Shown: in pieces, positions 49,396-57,687 of the stretch | Position numbering within the stretch: the first letter of the stretch is position 1 | How the letters are laid out: each line of letters begins with the position of its first letter | DNA from: an uncultured Bacteriovoracaceae bacterium | GTDB taxonomy: Bacteria; Bdellovibrionota; Bacteriovoracia; Bacteriovoracales; Bacteriovoracaceae | NCBI GenBank assembly: GCA_964012805.1 | Contig: CAXGUD010000004.1 | Span: forward strand, 1 to 64,000 | DNA length: 64,000 nt | Direction: 5' to 3' | Translations under genes and position numbers: made by a program | The notes under the pieces: model-generated | Seen by the model: only the letters and a program-made list of their open reading frames with translations | Told to the model about the DNA's origin: nothing | Database searches by the model: none

Positions 49396-49884
49396 ATGAC
49401 CAATCGAACCTTGGTTTTACTTTATCTTCTCATCTTCATCCTCTCTAGTTGTGGACGCCCTAAAAATTATAAGGAACAGGCCATTTTAAGTTTTCAGGGG
49501 GCCCATGCTGCTCTGGCTAACAATAATTATGCTAATGGGGTTTTGATCTATGGAAAGTGGGACAAATACCCTAACATGGTCTACCGATTTTGGGTAAAAC
49601 CGGGCGTTGATGAAGTAAAAACTGTTAATATTTATGTACCTACTGGAAAAGTTACCTTTTATGGAATGGCCGCAGACTCAGATTGGAATTTTAAATGTGA
49701 TATTACAAATAAGAAAAAACTAAAGCCCGCTAAAAAAACAGGATTTACCATAAATTTTAGTAGCGGTAATGGCAATTGCAATTCAACAAACGACCTTCTC
49801 TATAATAAAAATACAGTGAAGAAAAAGCAATTTGAGGAGTGTATTAAAAAAGGAACCCTAAATTGTGGTAAGTATACTTTTTAA
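49396..49884 (+). CDS. Hypothetical lipoprotein
   Basis: Lipobox LSSC, GGAGG RBS, four further Cys residues. Confidence 0.8.
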   Translation: MTNRTLVLLYLLIFILSSCGRPKNYKEQAILSFQGAHAALANNNYANGVLIYGKWDKYPNMVYRFWVKPGVDEVKTVNIYVPTGKVTFYGMAADSDWNFKCDITNKKKLKPAKKTGFTINFSSGNGNCNSTNDLLYNKNTVKKKQFEECIKKGTLNCGKYTF

Positions 49885-49893
49885 TTTTATGAT

Positions 49894-52394
49894 CTATTTG
49901 CGTGATATTTTCTTATAGGGCCTAATAAGGTGATTGACCAGAGAGGCTTCATTTAGTTTATCCTTATTGGGCATTTGCTTAAAAGTTCCGAAAGCTCAAA
50001 GTAAAATGTTGAAAGGTCTTCCTTACCAGAAATCGTTAAAAGAAAAGCCAAAAGTCTTGAACGGTTTAAAAGTAAAGAAATGGTCTCATCAAAATGAGCA
50101 TAAAGTCGTGCCTTTTTAGGGGCATTGGCCATTTTATCTTTGTCCAGGTCATTTACCTTTCGCACTAAAAAAACATACTCCAAAAGGTTAACCATGATTC
50201 GATCTAAATCTTCCCTTTTATCCTGAATGGATTTATCAAAACCTCTAGGCAAAGAATAGGTGACTTTAGGTCCAAGATTATTTTTATGGAGTATATTGAG
50301 GGAGTCAAAATACCTCATAAGAAGTAAAAATAAATTTGATAGCTTTTCAACAGACCAGGCCAGGAGCTTATTTTTTTCATACTTTTGAACATTTCTTAAT
50401 TCTCTTATAGTCATTGTGATTTCTTCTTCTGGTAACTTTAATTGTGAGCATAGGCTTTTGTTAAAATTATGAAAGAGGGTAAAGAGGATTTGATCAATTT
50501 GTTCCACACTAAGGTCCGTAGCATTTGGACTCGTCATGATCTCAAGTGAAGAAACAGATTCCCCTATTATTTTTGACAGGTCTTTACTTAATTTTTCTTT
50601 TTCTTTGAATGGAAGAACTTCGAGGAGGGCTTCATAGTCAATACTTATTTCTTTATTTTTATTGCTTTCTTCCTCTACTTCTGTGATGTCATCCACGATA
50701 AATAAAACCTTTTCAAGGCTTTCATCATTCTTGCATAGGGGAATGTATTGTATACTCAATGTCCTTCCTTTTTTTTTCTTAGATCAGGATGAAGAACTTT
50801 TTGAGGAAGGAGTTCTTGGGAATTGAATAAAAACTCGGATTCAGTGCAGCCAAAAAGAATTTTCCATGAAGCGAGGAAAGATTTTTTTTCTTCGTCTTTA
50901 AAATTAAAAAATAACAGGTTGAAGCTGTTCAATCCAAGAATATCTTTTCCAAAAATTTCTTTTGAGTATTTTGATATAGGTTGGAAAATTTTCCCTTTTT
51001 GATCTACACAAAAAATGGCCTTATCAATAGAGGTAAGCATACCTCTTGATTCATTTAATGAGTTTCTTAGATCTTCTTTTGCCTCGTGAATAAGGTCTTC
51101 AAGGTTAGAGTTCACTTTTTCAAGTTCAAAGCTCAGTTGTTCAACTTTTTGAAAGTCTTTACCAAAGTTTGAAGCGACAATATGGCCCTGAATAAAAATA
51201 AAAATAAGACCGGTCAAGTGAGCAATCTCTGGAGGATTTAAAATAGTTAACCCAATGAGAATATCGTAAGTAATCCCAAAGGTACCAAGAAGGATGGAAT
51301 AAAAAAATGTTAAAGCATTAGGTGTTTTTTTTATAATGCCCCTTGTAACAAAAAATATGAGGAGGAGGAGGTAGCCAAAAAGGACCATCTGACAACTTAT
51401 GAGGAAATAAAATTTTGTAAAATATAATGGTAAAAGTAATAAAGGGATTAGAGAAAGTGTAACAGAAATGTATAAAAAAACCTTTTTTATAATAAGAGAA
51501 GTCTTATCTTTAATTTTTAAAATTTAAAAGAGGTATTCAAATAAACAGGGAAATAAATAAATCATGCTTAAATATTCAAACTTTTTTTCTAATATAAAAA
51601 AGAAAAGGTTTGGATTAGGGGAAAAAATAAAAGAGTAATGTCCAAAAGAAAAAAAGCGAGAAAGTGCCACAAGACAAAAAAGTCCTAGGAAGAGAGACGA
51701 GTAGTCCTTTCTTCTTCGTGAAAAGATGGCGAGGTGGTAAACGGCCAAAATGAAAAAAGCACCCATAACAAAAAAGACAACGGCCATCTCTTGAGACAAG
51801 AGTGAGAAATATCCCTCTTCGTGGTAAATCTTTGGAGCCCCGAGAAAGCCGCCAGCTCGAAAATGGAAGTTAGCAAGGTGGATGACAATGGTAAGATCTC
51901 TTCCCATCAAGGAGATGTCTCGGTCAAAGCGGATTCCTTGAGGTGTACTTTCTTCCTTATTCTTACCAATAATACCGGTCTTTAGTTGAATCGTTTTTTT
52001 ACTATCAGTTATGAATATTTCACTACTCGTTGCCAAGTATTGGAAATAAATTCTTAGTTTCCCCGTTTGCTTAAGGTTTTTTAATTTCATAATAAGGGTT
52101 CCATAGCTGGACCCAGGGAGATTCAAGTTTTTATCCCATAGAGAGCTACCCTTAAGATAAAGAGGATTTTGATTGGGAAGTTTTTTATTCAAAACGTCTT
52201 TGAGTGGAATGAAGTGTTTCCAGTATAAGACCCAGGACCCGTCTAATTCTAAAGGTTCATCTTTTTTAAAGTCCCATTCTTTAAGATCAGCTTCTCCTTT
52301 TTCCATTGATGGGCTTATTTTCTTGGAGTACTTTGGTCCACAAGACACTAAAACGAAAAAAAAAATATATAAAAACTAAAAATCTTATATTCAT
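49894..52394 (-). pseudogene. Disrupted 7TM-DISM/PAS sensor (joins ORFs 51524..52348, 50756..51388, 49953..50759)
   Basis: About 1.2 kb closely similar to 34795..36000. Lesions: 10-nt homopolymer frameshift 52356-52365, in-frame TAA 51524-51526, 9-nt homopolymer frameshift 50769-50777, probable frameshift near 49980. Confidence 0.85.
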
Positions 52395-52436
52395 TCAACA
52401 GTAGAAGTTGATTTTTATCCTTTTAATACCTGACTT

Positions 52437-52463
52437 TTATCGGCAGTCTCTGATAGTAATATA
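52437..52463 (-). promoter_or_regulatory. FliA (sigma28)-like promoter of the sensor pseudogene
   Basis: Minus strand TATA-N15-GCCGATAA (perfect -10). Confidence 0.6.
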
Positions 52464-52524
52464 AGTGGATAGAATTTGTTTAAATGCCTTGAATAGTTCA
52501 AAATAAAAGGGCAAAGGATGAAAA

Positions 52525-53007
52525 TTGTTTAAATATTTAACTCTTTCCTACTTTTTGTTGATTCAGTTCTTTTTGATAGGACAAGTAAGGGCCGAAAGTG
52601 ATCCCAAACCTAATTGTACCCATGATGAAAGTACTTTTCGTTGTGTGGAGTACGTTCGGAATTATGACGCTGATACAATTACAGTAAATATCCCAGGAAC
52701 TCATCCAATTCTTGGAAAAAAAGCTCAGGTTAGAGTTTTTGGTGTTGATGCACCAGAAATTAGGACAAAAGATAAGTGTGAAAAAAAATTAGCGAGAGAG
52801 GGAAAACAAGTCGTTAGAAAAATGTTGAAAAATGCCAAGGTCATTCATCTTATCAACGTAAAAAAGGGAAAATACTTTAGAATTTTGGCAGATGTTTTAA
52901 TTGATGGAGTTTCCCTTTCGAAATACCTTTTGAAAAATAATTATGGATATAAATACTTGGGGAAGAAAAGAAAAAAAATCGATTGGTGTAGGTTTAAAGC
53001 CGAATGA
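52525..53007 (+). CDS. Thermonuclease (SNase-like) family secreted nuclease
   Basis: YDADTI, VRVFGVDAPE, KYFRILA motifs; signal peptide. Confidence 0.92.
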   Translation: MFKYLTLSYFLLIQFFLIGQVRAESDPKPNCTHDESTFRCVEYVRNYDADTITVNIPGTHPILGKKAQVRVFGVDAPEIRTKDKCEKKLAREGKQVVRKMLKNAKVIHLINVKKGKYFRILADVLIDGVSLSKYLLKNNYGYKYLGKKRKKIDWCRFKAE

Positions 53008-53038
53008 ATGGGAAAACTTTAAAGTTTTTGTTGGCTCT

Positions 53039-54484
53039 CTAAAAAATTCCGTTCCCCTTATTGCCTCTAAACTGCCCCCAATAAACTTTTGGACCCGTCC
53101 TTTTAGGGAGCTCAAAGCGAAGGAGCTTACCTGCGACAGGAACGATCAGGTCAAGCTTTCCATTACGGTCGATATCTTTTGCAATAGGGGTCGCCGCTGA
53201 AAGTCCATTTAGGTTTTTTTCAAAAAGAACTTCTCTCGTTTTCCCGTCATAAATCCTTAGGGCGCTTTTCATCGATCCTGCGATTTCAAAATTTTCAGGG
53301 TACTTGGCCTCTAAATTTATAAGGACAAGAACCTCATCAAATCCATCGTTATTCAAATCAAAAATAAGAGGTGAGGGGTAACCGTTTAGGCCAAAAACTT
53401 TTGAGTCAATAATTTTACCGGTCTTTCCATTCATCCAAATAATGCGGTTTTCTTCTATATGCCTAGGCCAGACCCCTTTAGCGGTTGTAATAACCATATC
53501 TAGTCCAGATTTATTATCAAAATTACCTAATGCGGGCGAAGAATAGGTTTCAAACCCCTCAACTTTTTGTTTCCAGAGGATGTTTCCTTTAAAATCAAGT
53601 TTATAAAATCCTGAATCAACGCTTGTTGCAAAGATGAACTTTTCTTTAGAGTGAACCAGAGGGGACGAAATCCACCCTTTTTTCTTTTCTGGCAGCGACC
53701 AGAGGGTTTTGCCTTTTAAGAGGTCGTAAAGGTAAAGGCTCCCTTTCACAACTTCACCACCCGTCCCAAAAAGGGCGTGCCAAACATTATTGTGTTTAAA
53801 GAGGGTGGGGATGCTATAAACTTCTCCATTATCCTCTGCTTTAAATTCTTTTAAAATTTTTCCCGTTTTAGGATGGGCAATAAAGAGCCGGGCGGGAGGT
53901 CTTGGTTCAAATCCACCGCCTGATTGTCCGAATAAAATGCGGTCGCCAAATTTACTGATTGTATTAAAGCCAGGAACATCGCCTTTCCAAAACCCTTCAT
54001 TGACTTTCCGAAGGTCCCAAAGAAGTTCACCATTTTTTCCATTTAAGGCCCAAAGACCTGGGCAAGTTTTAGAGGAACCTTTATGGCAGTGGTCTGTTCC
54101 AATTAAGACGTCTTTGACTTTGTCTTCGTTAATATCCATTAAAAAGGGGGTGGCAAAAACTCTTGATTGAGCATTATAAGACCAAAGAAGCGTACCCTTT
54201 TTCCCATCGATGGCCATTATAGGTCTTGCATGTCCGCCATGTTCAAAAATTCCTGAGCCAATAATAATATCTTCCACTCCATCAAGGTTTAGGTCAGCAA
54301 GATTTGGTGAACTAAAGCCAATGGACTTTTGGGAGAATTGCCAGACATTTTTAAATTGAAAACCTTCTTGATGAGAAGGAATCTCTTGTCCCGTCTCTTG
54401 AGGTGTATACTTGGCCATGACGAAAAAGCCACCTAAAAGGATAAAAAGAGAGGCAAAGAAAAGACCTTTGTTGTTTACTTTCAT
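53039..54484 (-). CDS. Exported FG-GAP/PQQ-like beta-propeller protein
   Basis: DLNLDGVEDII, DINEDKVKDVL, DLNNDGFDEVL, DIDRNGKLDLI; G..LW repeats; C-terminal WGQFRGN. Confidence 0.85.
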   Translation of the reverse strand: MKVNNKGLFFASLFILLGGFFVMAKYTPQETGQEIPSHQEGFQFKNVWQFSQKSIGFSSPNLADLNLDGVEDIIIGSGIFEHGGHARPIMAIDGKKGTLLWSYNAQSRVFATPFLMDINEDKVKDVLIGTDHCHKGSSKTCPGLWALNGKNGELLWDLRKVNEGFWKGDVPGFNTISKFGDRILFGQSGGGFEPRPPARLFIAHPKTGKILKEFKAEDNGEVYSIPTLFKHNNVWHALFGTGGEVVKGSLYLYDLLKGKTLWSLPEKKKGWISSPLVHSKEKFIFATSVDSGFYKLDFKGNILWKQKVEGFETYSSPALGNFDNKSGLDMVITTAKGVWPRHIEENRIIWMNGKTGKIIDSKVFGLNGYPSPLIFDLNNDGFDEVLVLINLEAKYPENFEIAGSMKSALRIYDGKTREVLFEKNLNGLSAATPIAKDIDRNGKLDLIVPVAGKLLRFELPKRTGPKVYWGQFRGNKGNGIF

Positions 54485-54489
54485 TTTTT

Positions 54490-57400
54490 TTAGTCCTTTA
54501 TAATTTTATAAATATGACCGGCCTTAAAAGGGTATTTAATTTCTAGAGGTTTTTTAAAAGGCAGCATAAGCCTAATTTTTTTAAGCTCTTTAACACCCCC
54601 CAGGCCAAAGTGAAGTTTAAGTGAATTAAAGGAAGCAAAGCCACCACCAATTTTTGTTTCTTTAAGTTGAATGGATCCATCAGGCCTTGTTATTTCAATC
54701 TTAACGTTGGGAAGGTTTTTTTTCCCTTTAACGATAACGTCAAAAGTAATGGAGTTTCCTCCCTGAGGATTTTCATAAAAGATCCCCTTTTGGTTAGGCC
54801 CACTTGTGACGACATCGATATCTCCATCATTATCCATATCCGCTTTTGCCCAGGAAAAAGTGTGAGAGGTTTCACCCATATTCCATTTTTTTTCGGAAAA
54901 CTTAAAGCCCTTTCCCTTTTGATTGATAAGGAGTCGGTTAGGTGTATAGCGTTTAATATTACCTGAACCATTTGTGACAAAGATATCTTCATACCCATCA
55001 TTATTAATATCTAAAAATTGAGAATTCCAGGACCAATCAGTTCTTGCCACATTAAGAGAATCTGTTTGGTCTATAAAGGTGCCTCCCTTTTGAAGAAGGA
55101 GGATGTTGCTCCACTTTTGCTTTGGGATGTCTTTAAGCTTTGATCTTTTGGGATTAAAAAAACTACTTCTCTCTTTATTACTTTTTATTGTTTCCTCACA
55201 AGAAGCTTTTTTTGAGGGTGAGCTTATTTTTTCACAAAGAGAAACATCCCAAAGGTCTACCGCCATATTTTGAACAATGGTATCGAGGCATATATTTTTC
55301 CCCATTTCTGCAAGAATCTTATTCGCCCCCTCTGACTTTTGGAAACAGCCTTCAAGATCATTTTGTTGAACCGAGACCCTGACCCTTTTAACAATATTAC
55401 AGGCCAATTGATCCTCACCACTTAAATTTTTACATTCTTCCCCTTTTTTAAAGGTTGCTTCTCTAGGCATCATATCTGTGGAAAAAAGATCAAGTTCTCC
55501 GTTGTTGTCAATATCAGCTGTCATAAAGCTCATCGTATTAACGGGTGCAGAGGGAATTTGTTTTGAAAAATTTTTAATGATAGAAGGTTTACCATTTTTA
55601 AAAGAATAGTAAATATCGGGCTCAGAAAAATCATTTCCAACAAAAAGGTAGGGAGTATGAGGTCCTTTAATAAAAGAGATCAAAGAGGAGAGGGTCGCTC
55701 CATTGGTTTTGTAATCTTTATCCAAATCGATGGATTTATAACGAAAAGGTTCTTTTGATTTTTGAGAGAGGTACGCCCTGTTGGTTGACGTTTTGTCAGT
55801 GGGACCTAAAATTTCGTTAAAAAAATTAAAGCCACCAATAACGATGTCCATAAGGTCATCATCGTTTAGATAACCAAAGCTTGAGCTGATGGTCATGGTG
55901 TAGTGAAGGTCTGAAAGATCCCTTTTTTTAAATTTTAGATTTTGATTTTCGTAAAGAACAAACTTTTTTTCATTATTTGTTAAAAAATCTGTGTCTCCAT
56001 CATTATCTAGGTCCACGGGAAAAATGGTGTCTTCTGGAGCAGCAATCTTTCCAAGCTTTATTTCGCCAACCTTTTTAAGTTCAGTTTTATGATAGGTATA
56101 AAACAAAGCTTTTCTAGGACCAATAACCATCATTTCAGGAAAGTCGTCATTATTTAAATGAACTGCCGCCGTTGTTGTGACAAAGCCTCTTTCGTTAACA
56201 AAGTCTGTTTGAAATATGTTTTTTTTGTAAAGGACCTGGGCCAAATTCTTTTTTCCACTTTTTTGTTCCTTTTTAAGGTATGCTGCTTTTTTTATTTGAA
56301 GCCCTTCTCTTTTTAGGTCAGTCACATCTTCCCAGGAAAGCTCTCTTTTTTTAAGTCCTTCCTTATCAATATGAAATGAAAGGTCAATGCCTTTTATTTC
56401 TTCTGTATTTTCTGTGTTTTCTTTGTTTCGATTAGAAAGCTTAATAGGTTTTTCCTTTTTCTCTTCAACCTTAAGCTTTTTAAAATCTTCTAAAAACTTT
56501 TGTTTCATATAGGGGTTATAGTATTTGATAAAAACTCCCCCTAAAAAACCCATAATTAAGACGCTAAAAAAGAGGACATTAGAGGCCCTCCACCTTAGTG
56601 ATCTACCAAGAATTAAATAAGGGTAAACGCTAAAAGTTCCCAAACAAAATAGAAGCACCATGCCAAATTCTGGAGCAAGGCCTGCCTGAAGAAGGACTGA
56701 GACTAAGATTATATCGAAGGCGATGGGAATGGGGACAAAAGTTGCTACGAAAGCGGTTAAAAAGAGGGAGAGAATATTGACTTCTAAACCCTTTAAAAAG
56801 TTAAGGGGGACAAACTCAATCATGGCCGCTCCAAAAAATCCTGCCAAAATCATAAAAGGAACGGTGGTTTTACATATTTCAAAAGTGTTTTTAACAAAAC
56901 CTAAAAGCACTTCTTTTAAAGAGGGAAAGAAGGGGTCTTGTTTGGCAAATGTGGGGGCGCAAATAGTTTCAGTTAAAGAGGTAAAGGCCGTCTCTTTTTG
57001 GCCTTGGCTTGTTTCCTCTTTTGTGAAAAAGGGAATCACCCAAAGAATAAAGAGAAGAGTTAACACAATTTTTAAAACGGCGAAATGGAAAGGAAGAAGG
57101 GTAAAAAGCATGGAAAAGACAATAATGTTTAATGTAGGAGAACTAATAAGAGTTGCTAAGGCGGTTTCCACCCGAATGCCCGCCTTTATCATTCCTTGGG
57201 TTATGGGAGTGGCGCAGTTGACACAAACTCCAAGGGGGACTCCAATCATCATGCCTTTTAAAATGTTTTTGACGGGGTCACCAGACCGTTTTTTCTCGAA
57301 ATAACTTAAAAAAGTCAAAAGGGCACCTGCCAAAAGAAGGCCAAAGATCATTCCCCTTTTATTGGTGTTTGACCAGTTTACAAAGTGAAAAAATAGGCGC

Positions 57401-57615
57401 TGGGGTAGAGTGTCTTCTTCTAAAATGGGAAAAACAACGTCTTCAGAAAACGCCAGCCCTTCAATGAAGGCCCTTCCACCCATAGCACTTTTGTCATCCA
57501 GTTGGGGGTAGCGGCTCATGGACCAAAAACTAAACGCAATTAATAGAACGAGGCCTAAGGCGAGGGGTTTTCTCTTATCTTTAAGGAAGTCTTTGACAAT
57601 AATTTTTAAGGACAT
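54490..57615 (-). CDS. ArsP/YraQ (DUF318)-type permease fused to an FG-GAP/ASPIC-UnbV (CRTAC1-like) domain
   Basis: About 9 TM with PLGVCVNCATPI, SSPTLN, PIPIAFD; DLDNDGDTD, DIDNNGELD, DMDNDGDID; GGGFASFNS..LHFGLG. Confidence 0.8.
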   Translation of the reverse strand: MSLKIIVKDFLKDKRKPLALGLVLLIAFSFWSMSRYPQLDDKSAMGGRAFIEGLAFSEDVVFPILEEDTLPQRLFFHFVNWSNTNKRGMIFGLLLAGALLTFLSYFEKKRSGDPVKNILKGMMIGVPLGVCVNCATPITQGMIKAGIRVETALATLISSPTLNIIVFSMLFTLLPFHFAVLKIVLTLLFILWVIPFFTKEETSQGQKETAFTSLTETICAPTFAKQDPFFPSLKEVLLGFVKNTFEICKTTVPFMILAGFFGAAMIEFVPLNFLKGLEVNILSLFLTAFVATFVPIPIAFDIILVSVLLQAGLAPEFGMVLLFCLGTFSVYPYLILGRSLRWRASNVLFFSVLIMGFLGGVFIKYYNPYMKQKFLEDFKKLKVEEKKEKPIKLSNRNKENTENTEEIKGIDLSFHIDKEGLKKRELSWEDVTDLKREGLQIKKAAYLKKEQKSGKKNLAQVLYKKNIFQTDFVNERGFVTTTAAVHLNNDDFPEMMVIGPRKALFYTYHKTELKKVGEIKLGKIAAPEDTIFPVDLDNDGDTDFLTNNEKKFVLYENQNLKFKKRDLSDLHYTMTISSSFGYLNDDDLMDIVIGGFNFFNEILGPTDKTSTNRAYLSQKSKEPFRYKSIDLDKDYKTNGATLSSLISFIKGPHTPYLFVGNDFSEPDIYYSFKNGKPSIIKNFSKQIPSAPVNTMSFMTADIDNNGELDLFSTDMMPREATFKKGEECKNLSGEDQLACNIVKRVRVSVQQNDLEGCFQKSEGANKILAEMGKNICLDTIVQNMAVDLWDVSLCEKISSPSKKASCEETIKSNKERSSFFNPKRSKLKDIPKQKWSNILLLQKGGTFIDQTDSLNVARTDWSWNSQFLDINNDGYEDIFVTNGSGNIKRYTPNRLLINQKGKGFKFSEKKWNMGETSHTFSWAKADMDNDGDIDVVTSGPNQKGIFYENPQGGNSITFDVIVKGKKNLPNVKIEITRPDGSIQLKETKIGGGFASFNSLKLHFGLGGVKELKKIRLMLPFKKPLEIKYPFKAGHIYKIIKD

Positions 57616-57687
57616 AAATAAATTTTAATCGAGTCTTTCTTTTTAATCAGGGTGTTAAATAATACCTCAAAAGACCGACAAGTTTTC

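Noticed and set aside
16825..51526. TAA reassignment suggested by three in-frame TAA codons
   Set aside because: Most intact genes end in TAA at positions matching their family C-termini.
34795..52346. The 1.2-kb duplicated segment as a DGR template/variable repeat pair
   Set aside because: Differences inspected by eye affect all bases and fall largely at third codon positions; no reverse transcriptase gene in the window.
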